Source of the DNA: a virus
Lineage: Duplodnaviria > Caudoviricetes
Virus record (IMG/VR): IMGVR_UViG_3300013800_000007
Location: 5,124 to 69,123 of that record
Direction: 5' to 3' (one strand)
Length of the DNA: 64,000 bases
This document shows, piece by piece, positions 45,706-55,113 of this stretch. Both the position numbers and the translations under genes were made by a program. Numbering within the stretch: position 1 is the first letter of the stretch; every line of letters begins with the position of its first letter. The notes beneath the pieces were generated by a model. That model was not told the DNA's origin, did no database searches, and saw only the letters and a list, made by a program, of their open reading frames with translations.

Positions 45706-45970
45706 CATCCCCTAATTCACATCCACATCTACGCCACATCCACGGAGATGTTGGCGGATCATTGATTCTATTGATTTTTATCGCAACGTCTGGGTATTGT
45801 TCAGTGTCAATGAATTTCAACGAAACCCAGCAAAATCAACACTTCTGACGATTGACAGATCACAACATTCGACCTTGCCAAGGTCGGGGTCGAGGGTTCG
45901 AATCCCTTCGCCCGCTCCAATATTTCCGGGCTTTCAGCCCAGTTTACATCCACTAATTCACATCCACATC
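45706..45970 (+). repeat. direct repeats flanking the att core (integrase arm-type sites)
   Basis: ACATCC(C/A)CTAATTCACATCCACATC at ~45705 and ~45946, plus an extra CACATCCAC at ~45735. Confidence 0.8.
45870..45919 (+). other. attP core: 3' half of tRNA-Gly(GCC)
   Basis: CGACC-TTGCCAA-GGTCG anticodon arm, GGTTCGAATCC T-arm, CCCGCTCCA end; 5' half absent; lies just after int. Confidence 0.92.
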
Positions 45971-46448
45971 AACGGCGCATCCCCGCGACGGGGCCAGCGC
46001 TCGAGTTAACCCAGATCAGCACCGATTTGGAGCGAGTGATTTATCGTGGAAATGGAAAAGATGATTCGTAAGAAATGATGTGAGAATTATCACATTGCGC
46101 AGGGTTCGAATCTTCTTCGCTATGCTACAAGACGCATGCTAATATATTGCCGCCGGCAATGGCGCGCATAAGAAAACTCGACGGAGGTGCCGCTAACACC
46201 CCCGCCGAGCCGGGCCCGCCACCATTCGACGCTTCGGGTGCGTAGCGGGCTGTTTCACATCTTGAGACGAAAATCATTTAGATCACAACCGGCGTGCGAT
46301 CGTCCAGTCATGCCCGCCTTGCAACCTCAGATGTTGACTGCAATTTTTTTATTTTTGATATTGCGCACAGTCAAAAATGGTGCGAGATGTAATTCAACAG
46401 CGCGGCCACTGTCGGCTGTCTTGATCTCGGCCACTGTCGGGTCAGTGA

Positions 46449-46474
46449 GAAAGGGCGGTTAAACCGCCCTTTTT
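46449..46474. terminator. bidirectional intrinsic terminator
   Basis: AAAGGGCGGT-TAA-ACCGCCCTTTT. Confidence 0.85.
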
Positions 46475-47439
46475 CATTTTTCCAACCTGATGCCGCGCCA
46501 ACCCCTATCGTTGGATCTTCTTCTGGGAGCCCCACCGAGATCTTCGCAGTGCGCGGCAAACATGCGATGGAACGCGCCATCCGGCTCGAGCCCCTCCTGC
46601 TTGACCCACCTTGCGTAATGTCCGGCAGCCTCCTTGCTTTTGGTCCACGAGTTCGCATCTGCAACAATGTGCGCGGCAGCCCACCGCTCGAATGGTGAGC
46701 GCGCTACCGCAACGCGCCGATGCGGGGGAGGCCATGTGTGTCTCACGCCCTCCGGAAGCAGAGACACCACAAGAAGCAGCAGGAGGGATTGACCGACCTC
46801 AATCACCTCCTGGTTGGATATGCCACCCATCATCTGACCGATGAGAGTTGCAGATCCATCCGTGGTTCCTATCTTGAGGGCTAGAGCGGTCCTTTCACTC
46901 TCTAGGGCGGCGAGCTCTGCCTGCAGTCGCTCCTTTTCGGTTGCAGCTGCAATGGCATCGGAAAGCTTCTTGCGTTCACTTTTAGTTCTCTCAACGGAAT
47001 CATCCTTCGCCATCGATTTAAGCTGACGAGATGGTCGATTTTCGGTGATGCGTTGTATCTGGGACGTTTTGTCCTTGACGCGCTCATCTGCCGCCATCCA
47101 GTCAGCACGAACCTTGTCCGCCGGGGCGCTGGCAATGCTGGCTTTTTGCTTTGCAGTTGCATATGCGCCCTCAATTGCAATACTCAGGGCGAAAACCCAG
47201 CAGAGCCCAGCAATTACTAGGGTGGCGCCACGTGCCGCCAGATGGCGCCACGTCCGCCAGCACGTGGCGGCTGCTGGCGGGATGGTGACGGCGAGGGCTG
47301 CCATGGCGACGCGCTTCACCGGGATCGCTTCGCCACCGGTCGCCATCATCTGCCAGAGCCCGGGCACACTCAGCCAGACCTCGGTCGCGATGCAGGCGAG
47401 GGTGATTAGGCCGAGAATTATGATGCGAAACGCTTTCAT
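46474..47439 (-). CDS. membrane protein (TM helices + coiled coil) with C-terminal winged-helix-like domain
   Basis: Three N-terminal hydrophobic helices, a coiled coil, a fourth TM, then PFERW...HYARW...GWRGIRL. Confidence 0.75.
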   Translation of the reverse strand: MKAFRIIILGLITLACIATEVWLSVPGLWQMMATGGEAIPVKRVAMAALAVTIPPAAATCWRTWRHLAARGATLVIAGLCWVFALSIAIEGAYATAKQKASIASAPADKVRADWMAADERVKDKTSQIQRITENRPSRQLKSMAKDDSVERTKSERKKLSDAIAAATEKERLQAELAALESERTALALKIGTTDGSATLIGQMMGGISNQEVIEVGQSLLLLLVVSLLPEGVRHTWPPPHRRVAVARSPFERWAAAHIVADANSWTKSKEAAGHYARWVKQEGLEPDGAFHRMFAAHCEDLGGAPRRRSNDRGWRGIRLEK

Positions 47440-47519
47440 TCGCTCACATACAACTTAACCGCAAAAATGAGGTGATCTCCAGGACGATAGCAGCAATATT
47501 GACAGTTGTCCATATCGTA

Positions 47520-47548
47520 TTGACAAATCACCATATCTGCCCTAACCT
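47520..47548 (+). promoter_or_regulatory. sigma70-type promoter
   Basis: TTGACA-17 bp-TAACCT; spacer nearly identical to that of the capsid promoter. Confidence 0.65.
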
Positions 47549-47592
47549 GACCTCGTGAAAATGACGATCAACAATGTGGGTATACACAACTC

Positions 47593-48129
47593 ATGGCAAT
47601 CAAGTTTCATCTCGAGCCCGGTGCGCTGGGTCGCTTATTGCGCACTCTCGCAACCCTGCTCATCGTCGGCAGTCTCGGCTACGTGCTGTACGTCGTGACG
47701 AATCCGCGGCCGGCACCTCGCCCGATCGTCATCACGACCATCCCGACGGCGCCGGTGGTCATTGAGAAGGCCCCGGAGGTCTCAGCGCCCGTGCCGCTAC
47801 CAGACCTCCCTCCTCCGCCCCCCATCGGTTCAAATCCAGACCTGGCGCCGAAGCGGATTGAACCTATCCTCCCGCCGCTTCGTGGTCCGGATGACGTCAA
47901 GCCTGTGCGTCCGCTCAAGAGCGGAAAGACGCTGGTCAGAAAGGACGCGCCGCCACGCGCCGCTCCGCGCCGCCCCGTGCCGCCCCGCGCCGCACCAGTG
48001 GTGCCGGAGCGACAGACCAACCTGTCGACCGCAACCAAAATAGCCCAGCGCACAAATCCGCCAAGCCAAGCCCAACTAAACCTAATCACCGGTCAGTGGC
48101 TGATCTGGCCCGGCGACGCAAGCTTCTAA
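47593..48129 (+). CDS. Pro-rich single-pass membrane protein
   Basis: N-terminal TM followed by a Pro-rich extended region. Confidence 0.7.
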   Translation: MAIKFHLEPGALGRLLRTLATLLIVGSLGYVLYVVTNPRPAPRPIVITTIPTAPVVIEKAPEVSAPVPLPDLPPPPPIGSNPDLAPKRIEPILPPLRGPDDVKPVRPLKSGKTLVRKDAPPRAAPRRPVPPRAAPVVPERQTNLSTATKIAQRTNPPSQAQLNLITGQWLIWPGDASF

Positions 48130-48145
48130 ACCTGGAGGGACTCAC

Positions 48146-48562
48146 TTGACACGTTATTCCAAAGGCGCCGCAGCACGAGCAGACAAAGAGCTTTCGAACA
48201 TCATCGCGTTCGATCGCGAGACGATGATCAAGTTCATGGCTCCGAAGTTCGATTTCATCACCGGGTCGTGGACAGTTGATGAGCACCGCAAGAAGCCACT
48301 CCGCCGCGGCGCCCCAAAGGGGTTCGCCACGGTCATCAATGGCTACGGCACGCACACCGATCGCAACGGCGACGAGATCCGCGTCTACACGTCGTTTATG
48401 GCGGATCAGCGCAAGCCGAAATACCACGGCGACGCGCTACGCGCTCACCGCGCCGAATGGGGCTGCGGCAAACTCAAGAAGGGCACGCCGGCATATGTCG
48501 CGCGCCAGGCACAGATTGCATCACTCAAGTCACCCTCGAGAGATTGGAGAAAGGCAGCATGA
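48146..48562 (+). CDS. hypothetical protein
   Basis: GGAGG RBS, TTG start. Confidence 0.65.
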   Translation: MTRYSKGAAARADKELSNIIAFDRETMIKFMAPKFDFITGSWTVDEHRKKPLRRGAPKGFATVINGYGTHTDRNGDEIRVYTSFMADQRKPKYHGDALRAHRAEWGCGKLKKGTPAYVARQAQIASLKSPSRDWRKAA

Positions 48563-48816
48563 GCCCGCGAGACACATACCCCGTGGTCGTGAAGTGCATG
48601 GGTCACGAGATCGGCCTCACCGACGTCGAGGCAAAGAAATTGAAGGTCCAGAACGGTCAGGTTGTCAGGCAGGGCTTCGACGTCAGCCTGATGAAGCTGC
48701 GCGTTGCCGACGCGAAAGAGCTTATCAAGCGGGTTACCAAGGCCAAGAAGGCGCGAGAGAAATCGCGACCCGTTGAGAAGCTCAATGCGATGAGTGGCTT
48801 CACGCGGCGGACGTAA
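48559..48816 (+). CDS. hypothetical basic protein
   Basis: ATGA overlap with the upstream gene. Confidence 0.6.
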   Translation: MSPRDTYPVVVKCMGHEIGLTDVEAKKLKVQNGQVVRQGFDVSLMKLRVADAKELIKRVTKAKKAREKSRPVEKLNAMSGFTRRT

Positions 48817-48949
48817 GTATGGTGTTGAAGTATTGGCGCGGAGATCACATTCGAATCTCCGCGCGATAGCTTTTGAAACTGGAGGCATTGATAATGGCGA
48901 TTGATTGCGAGGCTCACGACGTGGCCGAAGAATAACGAAGGAGGGTGCG

Positions 48950-49117
48950 TTGGCAAAGCTGTCAGAGAAAGAGCGGATGCGTCGTCGCATTGAGCAATTG
49001 GAGCAGGCAATCGCATGGGTGCCGTCTGTGCAGCCTAGACGCTTGGCGCATGGTTGCGAAATTGTGATAGCAGATGCCGAATGGCAGGCCCTGAAAGCCG
49101 CCGCATTGCACAAATAG
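48950..49117 (+). CDS. hypothetical protein
   Basis: AAGGAGG RBS, TTG start. Confidence 0.5.
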   Translation: MAKLSEKERMRRRIEQLEQAIAWVPSVQPRRLAHGCEIVIADAEWQALKAAALHK

Positions 49118-49126
49118 GAGGGTGAC

Positions 49127-49369
49127 GTGACGACGCGGCACACGGCAGTCGCCAACAAGCACTGGCATACGCTGCCGATGGCAATCAAAGCATATCTCGT
49201 TTTAGGCGCTAGCTTTTCTCATGCCGATGCAACGGCAGCAGCAGAGCTTGGCATACGGGGTGACATAGCCACATTGGTGGACATTGGTTGGGTAAAAAGC
49301 GACGGCCCGAACCGTTACCGATTTGCCAAGGTGGTCATTGATGCGGCCCACAAGCCGTTGGGCACTTAA
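49127..49369 (+). CDS. hypothetical protein
   Basis: GGAGG RBS. Confidence 0.55.
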   Translation: MTTRHTAVANKHWHTLPMAIKAYLVLGASFSHADATAAAELGIRGDIATLVDIGWVKSDGPNRYRFAKVVIDAAHKPLGT

Positions 49370-49380
49370 GGAGCGATAAA

Positions 49381-49638
49381 ATGGCACTGCCGAGACACAC
49401 GCCGATGCTGACCGTTGCCGCGTTGATCGAGAAACTGCAAGCGCTGCCCGCAGACGCTATTGTCGTGCAGTCGCAGGATGGCGAGGGCAACGGCTTTTCG
49501 CCTGTCGCTGATCTCAAGCTTGGCGTCTACAAAGAGGAAACGACGTGGCACGGTGAGTTCACCGACCACGAAGACGACATGCCAGATTTGACCGAACAAG
49601 GCGCGGTGCAATGTGTCTGCGTTTGGCCGACCAACTAA
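49381..49638 (+). CDS. hypothetical protein
   Basis: AAGGAG RBS; TVAALIEKLQALP motif. Confidence 0.7.
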   Translation: MALPRHTPMLTVAALIEKLQALPADAIVVQSQDGEGNGFSPVADLKLGVYKEETTWHGEFTDHEDDMPDLTEQGAVQCVCVWPTN

Positions 49639-49910
49639 CTTCAAGAGGGAGGCGCATTTGAGTTGTCAGTTCTGCAATCACCCGACGCCGCATTCGTGTT
49701 GGGACGCCGCCGAAGCTGCATCGTGCGGCAACTACGCAAATGCACGCGAGGGGATGAAAAGCAACACGGCGGCGTCGTCGCGGTAGAGCGTGAAATCTAA
49801 CGGCGCGAGAAGCTTTTCAAACCCCTGACGCCTAAGCAGATTGAGAAGCGAGAGCGCGCCGAACTGGCACGGCTCAAGAAGAAATACGAAACGTAAGAAC
49901 GGAGCGGCAA

Positions 49911-50150
49911 ATGAAAATCGCAGTGCAAGCGAACGTGGCGGCAGACGTGGCGGCGAATTGGGATAGCGAGCCGAACGACCGCGCGCCCGTAAAGATGGCG
50001 GTTGCCGAAGCCATGGGCCGCATCGCTCGCACTCACCATTTGATTGACTGGCACGAGCAGAAGATGCCGGACGATTCGATGGTGGTGACGGGAACTCTCG
50101 CGATATCGGCAGCCGGTGACGGCCTCCCGGACTACACGCTGCAACTGTAA
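49911..50150 (+). CDS. hypothetical protein
   Basis: GGAG RBS. Confidence 0.6.
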   Translation: MKIAVQANVAADVAANWDSEPNDRAPVKMAVAEAMGRIARTHHLIDWHEQKMPDDSMVVTGTLAISAAGDGLPDYTLQL

Positions 50151-50164
50151 AGGGGGAGCGAAAG

Positions 50165-50398
50165 ATGGCCATCTACAGGCGCAAGCCGACGACGGTTGAC
50201 GCGGAGCAATTCACCGATGAGAGCAACCCGCCGCGCGGCGTTCATCGAGGCATAGCTTTTGATGGGTTCGTGGTTACGACGACGCAAGGACGTGTTGTTC
50301 CGGTCGGAGTTGGGGAGTGGGTTGTTGCCGAAAGCGACGGCGAACACTTCTACCCGATTGCAGATGTGGAGTTCCGCCGCATCTATGAGCCTGTTTAA
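50165..50398 (+). CDS. hypothetical protein
   Basis: YRRKP..VDAEQF..GEW...YP...F...YE motif. Confidence 0.7.
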   Translation: MAIYRRKPTTVDAEQFTDESNPPRGVHRGIAFDGFVVTTTQGRVVPVGVGEWVVAESDGEHFYPIADVEFRRIYEPV

Positions 50399-50410
50399 GA
50401 GGGAGGCGAG

Positions 50411-50554
50411 GTGAGCTACTTTGAGCTTGAGTGCATGCAAGGCACGTCGACTACGACATTCTACAGGGTGTTGGTGTGGGCGGCGGATGCGAGGCAAGCA
50501 TTCGATCGGGCGCGCCTTATGGGATATCAGCCCGTCGCGGTGGTGACGGCGTAA
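50411..50554 (+). CDS. hypothetical 47-aa protein (not in ORF track)
   Basis: GGAGG RBS, GTG start, VSYFELECMQG... Confidence 0.45.
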   Translation: MSYFELECMQGTSTTTFYRVLVWAADARQAFDRARLMGYQPVAVVTA

Positions 50555-50575
50555 GCAACAAGGAGCCCAACTGAC

Positions 50576-50598
50576 AAAGCCGGCTTTCGCCGGCTTTT
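50576..50598. terminator. bidirectional intrinsic terminator
   Basis: AAAGCCGGC-TTTC-GCCGGCTTTT between convergent genes. Confidence 0.85.
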
Positions 50599-51978
50599 TC
50601 ATGCCTGAGAAAACCTCTGGCGATAGTAATGCACATTGGGATCTATCAAGACGTCCCACTGCGACATCGGGCGCGCAAGCGTCAGACCCTCATAAGTTCT
50701 CACGCGAGACAATGCTACGTACGTCTGACCGGCGGTGAATGCGCCCTCGCCGAGATCAACGCAAGCCTCGTCAACAGTCATGCCCTGCGCCTTGTGGATC
50801 GTAACAGCCCACGCCAGCCTCAACGGCATCTGGCGAAACGATCCGACCACCTTGCGGACGATCTTGCCGTTCTCGAGCTCAGCCTCGATCTTCTCCCACA
50901 CATTGTGCGTGATGTGGTGGTGGCGTCCGCTCGAGTCGCGCACAACAACGCACGGCGCAACACCAGTTTCGTTGCCATTATCGTCATATGTGGTGATCTC
51001 TGTGATCTCATCGACCGTTCCGATGGTGCCATTGAAATAGCGCCGCTTCGGATCGTTGATGCAGATCATGACTCGAGCGCCAACCTTCACCTCGACAATC
51101 GCGTCAACGATGCAATCGCCTTCGCTCATGTTGTCGATCTTTGCGTGGAAGGAGTGAACCTCCCCCGGGATCATTCCAAGGCGTTCATCGTTGATGATCT
51201 TCGCCGTCTTGCGCTTCGTCACCAAACGCAACACGTCATCATCAGGATTTGCGACGCGAGCGTTGAAGTAGGCCAGCACGTCAGGCGATGCGTCACCCTC
51301 GCGCACCCGGTTCAGCATGCGCGCAAACATGCTCGAGTCGTCCTGCCGAAAGATCTTCGTCAACTCGACGATGTGGAAGTCGATCCCGCAAACCGGCGCG
51401 CAGAAAAACAACGGAGACCCATACAACTGCTGCATGGCCGGGCCGTCAGTCTCCTTAACCACCGGCGGGAGCTGCATCGGATCCCCAAGCGCAATTACCT
51501 GAACTCCCCCGAACGGTTTTTTCGGCTCGCGGCGGACGATGCGGAGCGTCTGATCCATGCAGTGCAAAACATCGCTGCGCACCATGCTGATCTCGTCGAC
51601 AATCATCGCGTCAATGGCGCGCATGACGTCGCGGTTCTTTTGATTCCGCGGATTCCACGCGGCGACCGTCGCATCACTCTCGTGCAGCACCGACAGCGGA
51701 AACCGGAAAAACGAGTGAATCGTTTGCCCGCCGATGTTGTTTGCAGCAATGCCGGTCGGAGCAAGCTTAATGACTCGAAAATCCTCGTCAACAGCTTGCA
51801 TGAGGACATTGATCTGCTCGCTCTTGCCGGTGCCGGCGCGTCCGCACAGAAAGATGTTTCGACCGCTCGCAACGACCTGATGAAATCGCAGCGTCTCGTC
51901 GGTCTGCTCAACTGAGCCACCATCGTGCTTTCGCTTCGCGCTGCGGATCTTCTCGAGGTACTCGTTTTGCAACTTCAT
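50599..51978 (-). CDS. Pif1-family (SF1B) DNA helicase
   Basis: GRAGTGKS, APTGIAA.NIGGQTIHSFF, IVDEISMV, GDPMQLPPV, LTKIFRQ, QMPLRLAWAVTIHKAQG, GQTYVALSR. Confidence 0.95.
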   Translation of the reverse strand: MKLQNEYLEKIRSAKRKHDGGSVEQTDETLRFHQVVASGRNIFLCGRAGTGKSEQINVLMQAVDEDFRVIKLAPTGIAANNIGGQTIHSFFRFPLSVLHESDATVAAWNPRNQKNRDVMRAIDAMIVDEISMVRSDVLHCMDQTLRIVRREPKKPFGGVQVIALGDPMQLPPVVKETDGPAMQQLYGSPLFFCAPVCGIDFHIVELTKIFRQDDSSMFARMLNRVREGDASPDVLAYFNARVANPDDDVLRLVTKRKTAKIINDERLGMIPGEVHSFHAKIDNMSEGDCIVDAIVEVKVGARVMICINDPKRRYFNGTIGTVDEITEITTYDDNGNETGVAPCVVVRDSSGRHHHITHNVWEKIEAELENGKIVRKVVGSFRQMPLRLAWAVTIHKAQGMTVDEACVDLGEGAFTAGQTYVALSRVRTYEGLTLARPMSQWDVLIDPNVHYYRQRFSQA

Positions 51979-54854
51979 TTCAGCGCTCCTGCGCTTGCTG
52001 GAGTCAAGTTCGCGGCGTCAAGCTTTCCGGATGCCACGGCGGCCTTGGCGTGACGAGACAGGAACAGCCTGGTCGACGCTCGCCCTCGAGTCTTTTCCGC
52101 CGCCTCGATGACGTCGCCCTCGGCGAGACAATCGGCGATGAGCGGCGCAATGTGCGAGTTTGCGCAACCAAGAGCGCGGCGGACATCAGAGCGCCTCATG
52201 CCGGCATCTTTGGACTCGTCAAGGACAGCGATGAGCTTCTCCATGAGAGATTGCTTTTTGTCGGCGCTGGGTAGCTGCCTGCGAGCCACGTAGGCGAACC
52301 GCTCCGCCGAGTAGCGGGCGAGGCAGAATCCCCAGACGACGTCAGAACGGGTTACGATCGGCCGGCCGACCGGCGTGAGTGCGTCTCGGCTGCCCCACAC
52401 TCGACTTGCAAAGCGGCTCATCGCCGAAATCAGCGCGAATTTAGCCGCATTCTCGGCCATGCGGCCAAATGCCTGCTCATTGACGCCAGGGGTCGTGAGC
52501 GCCTTCGCCCTAACGGCATCCTCGAGCTGCGATACGTCAGCAATAAATTGCAACGCGCCATCGTCCATGTCGATGATCTCGGCTCGATCGATATCGAGCG
52601 GACCATTGAAATGCTCCATAGACCAGTTGCTGAGCGCGCCTGCAGTCTGAACGACAGACGCCGGAATCTCGTGTGATGCCTCGCCGCGCCAGAATGACTC
52701 GATCGTCGAGCGCATACGGGTCGGATCGATGTCGACTTCGACAATATTCAGTCGGTTGATGTGGCCCTCGGCCAGGGTGTTCGTCGTCATGCCAGCAAAG
52801 AGCGCCTCGGTCGTGGTGGCGCCGAGAATGGTAAGGTGCGGGTAAGGGATCTCCGCCGCACGCTTGCCGGCCATGGCGGTGCCGGTCCACACGCTATTGG
52901 ATGCGCTATACAACGTAAGGAGGTCCGACATGATGCCGGCGGCGTGCTGGTTTTGGTTGCCGCTATTGCTCTGCCAAAACTTGCCGAATTCGTCGGTGAT
53001 GAGCAGCTTGCTCATGGATGTGCCGTCAGCGCGCCGCTTGTCGTCCTCGACCTTCTTGCCGGTCTCCTGCGTCGCCTCCTCCGCCTCTTCCCTGTCGCCC
53101 AGGGCCGCCTCGAAAGCGTTTCTGATGGCTGCGGCGGAGGTGACGTTTGAGCCGAGGACGTGGCGTGTCGTGATACCCAATGCTTTTAAGACAGACTGGA
53201 CACCGTTGATCGCGTGGTTCTTGCCACTCGACGATCGCGCTACGTTGATCATGTAGACGTTGGAGCGGAGACCGGTGCGGAGCTTCACGGATCCGCCGAT
53301 AAGCGTCGAGACCAGCGCGATGCCGGCCGACACCGAGAACGGCATAATCTTGCGCGGCGCCGTGGCGCAATTCCACTCCGAGAACTCACGGATTAGCCCG
53401 TCGGGAGGCATAGACAACTGATCCGGAACCAGAGGCTTGTCTTGCGGCGTCACGCGCACCACCAGGCCGCCATACTTCACCGGCGTGTCGAGCTCGGTCG
53501 GATCGTTGTCGCCATTCAGGAGCGTCTCAATGCGGCGGAGCATGTCGTCATTGGCGAGCGACTCCGGCAGCACTTGAATGTCGGTAAGTGGGCAGGCTTG
53601 AGCTAGGATCTTGGCCGAGATCTCGGCGATCTGCTCAGCGCTGGGCGCGGGAACGTCGACCGGGAACGGCGTGAGAGGGAACTTGGACTCCCATAGGCGA
53701 CGTGTGGCCCCGTTGTTCAACGCCTCGATCTGGCGCATCTCGGCCGATAAGTGCCTGATATAGGCTGCAAATTCGGCAGGGGTAAGGCGTACGTCGCGCC
53801 GCTGGTCGCCATGAAGCGCTGGGTCAAACTCGAGCGTGATGGGCCGCGGCCGCTCGGCCTGGGGCGCCCACTCCTCGATGCTGTCGCCGATCGCCCGCAG
53901 ATCGATATGCAGGTTCTCCGGCTCGCGGTGGAGGCGCACCTCCCGGGGAAGCTTGATGCCGTGGCGGCTCAGGATGTTGACGAGCGACCCTATACCGGTG
54001 GATCCGCGGTTGTTCTGGGCGGTGTTCCAGCGCCGCAGTGTCTCGGTCGAGCTGTACTTCGGATGCTTCGCGCTCCAGGCGTCGAACTGGTCGAACGTGG
54101 CCCCAGCATTGACTGCAGCGATGCAGACGCGCGTCCAGTCGTCCCAGCCGCCCTCGTTGGGCAGAGCATTCAGGATCCAGTCGATCGCGGCTGGCTCAGC
54201 CTGGTCAGACCGGTTCGAGGCGGGAGCGGCGCTCGAGGGCGCAGCAGCCCGGCGCACACCAGATACCTCCTCGTATCGTTGCGCAATCAACTCGATCTGG
54301 GCAGCGGAGATTTCAGGCAGCTCATCGACCGGTGTGTCTGCCGGGCTACCATCGCGCCAGACGTACTCGCGAGCGGTGTCTGGGTGTATGCCGTAGGAAA
54401 CGAACTGGCGGCCATGGGAGAGGATCTCCATGCCGTACTTGACGCCGGCAGCTTTATCGATCCACCAGGGCGGCATGTTCTGGGAGGCGATGGCGTCCAC
54501 CGCCCGGTACATCAGGAGTCGCTTCGGCGCGCGGCCGGTGCGGGTGGGCGCTTCCTTAACGCCGGTGATCCTCAGGACGTCGGCCTCAAAGCTCTCGGCG
54601 ATGTCAGCATCGAGAATGTCGATGTCGACCCCGATCACGGATCCGCACGCGATACCGACGCCGCACTCCAGGGATGACCACAGGTCGACCGCGTATTGAT
54701 CGGGCGGCTCCGTGCACCAGTGCTCCCATTGCGTGATGGCGACCACCGTGCCGTCGAGCGCATGATAGCCCGGACGCTTCCCCCGCGGGAGGATCGGAAT
54801 GGCGCTGTAGCCGTTGTCGATCGATCTGCGCCCGAAGCGCTTGTAGTACGTCAT
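51975..54854 (-). CDS. primase-polymerase with PriCT-2-like region, helicase-like (DUF3987-like) domain and C-terminal winged helix
   Basis: GIACG..IGVDID (Prim-Pol); WDDWTRVC..FDAWS..KY (PriCT); SSSGKN P-loop, DEFG; terminal HTH. Confidence 0.88.
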   Translation of the reverse strand: MTYYKRFGRRSIDNGYSAIPILPRGKRPGYHALDGTVVAITQWEHWCTEPPDQYAVDLWSSLECGVGIACGSVIGVDIDILDADIAESFEADVLRITGVKEAPTRTGRAPKRLLMYRAVDAIASQNMPPWWIDKAAGVKYGMEILSHGRQFVSYGIHPDTAREYVWRDGSPADTPVDELPEISAAQIELIAQRYEEVSGVRRAAAPSSAAPASNRSDQAEPAAIDWILNALPNEGGWDDWTRVCIAAVNAGATFDQFDAWSAKHPKYSSTETLRRWNTAQNNRGSTGIGSLVNILSRHGIKLPREVRLHREPENLHIDLRAIGDSIEEWAPQAERPRPITLEFDPALHGDQRRDVRLTPAEFAAYIRHLSAEMRQIEALNNGATRRLWESKFPLTPFPVDVPAPSAEQIAEISAKILAQACPLTDIQVLPESLANDDMLRRIETLLNGDNDPTELDTPVKYGGLVVRVTPQDKPLVPDQLSMPPDGLIREFSEWNCATAPRKIMPFSVSAGIALVSTLIGGSVKLRTGLRSNVYMINVARSSSGKNHAINGVQSVLKALGITTRHVLGSNVTSAAAIRNAFEAALGDREEAEEATQETGKKVEDDKRRADGTSMSKLLITDEFGKFWQSNSGNQNQHAAGIMSDLLTLYSASNSVWTGTAMAGKRAAEIPYPHLTILGATTTEALFAGMTTNTLAEGHINRLNIVEVDIDPTRMRSTIESFWRGEASHEIPASVVQTAGALSNWSMEHFNGPLDIDRAEIIDMDDGALQFIADVSQLEDAVRAKALTTPGVNEQAFGRMAENAAKFALISAMSRFASRVWGSRDALTPVGRPIVTRSDVVWGFCLARYSAERFAYVARRQLPSADKKQSLMEKLIAVLDESKDAGMRRSDVRRALGCANSHIAPLIADCLAEGDVIEAAEKTRGRASTRLFLSRHAKAAVASGKLDAANLTPASAGALK

Positions 54855-54887
54855 TTTCCCTCGGCAGCGCAAAGTCAGTGCGTGGCG

Positions 54888-54916
54888 AACATACGCCGCG
54901 CATTGTTATCTGTCAA
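54888..54916 (-). promoter_or_regulatory. sigma70-type promoter for the primase
   Basis: TTGACA-17 bp-TATGTT. Confidence 0.75.
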
Positions 54917-54930
54917 TGTTGTTGGTGCAG

Positions 54931-55113
54931 TTACAACACGTAGATGAGCACAAGAAGGCCGGCGCCAATTCCCGATAGAAGCCAAGGAATCGGATCTGAC
55001 TTCGGTGGCAATGAATGCTCGGCGTGGCCTCTGTAGCCGCAGACGATGCAAGATAGCCAGCCTGAGGCCACCACCTCAACCACGTACTGCGATTTGCATC
55101 GAGGGCAGATCAT
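54931..55113 (-). CDS. small Zn-ribbon protein with C-terminal TM
   Basis: CPRC..CIVC; hydrophobic tail. Confidence 0.6.
   Translation of the reverse strand: MICPRCKSQYVVEVVASGWLSCIVCGYRGHAEHSLPPKSDPIPWLLSGIGAGLLVLIYVL

Noticed and set aside
45870-45919. Functional tRNA-Gly gene
   Set aside because: The 5' acceptor strand and D-arm are missing; position after int with flanking arm repeats marks it as the attP core.
46474-50554. Recognisable anti-phage defence or toxin-antitoxin system in the accessory block
   Set aside because: No motif of a named family could be supported from the sequence alone.
50629-51915. 428-aa ORF antisense to Pif1 (likewise 10061..10924, 39008..40096, 53751..54677)
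   Set aside because: Each lies fully opposite a well-supported gene and has no recognisable motifs.
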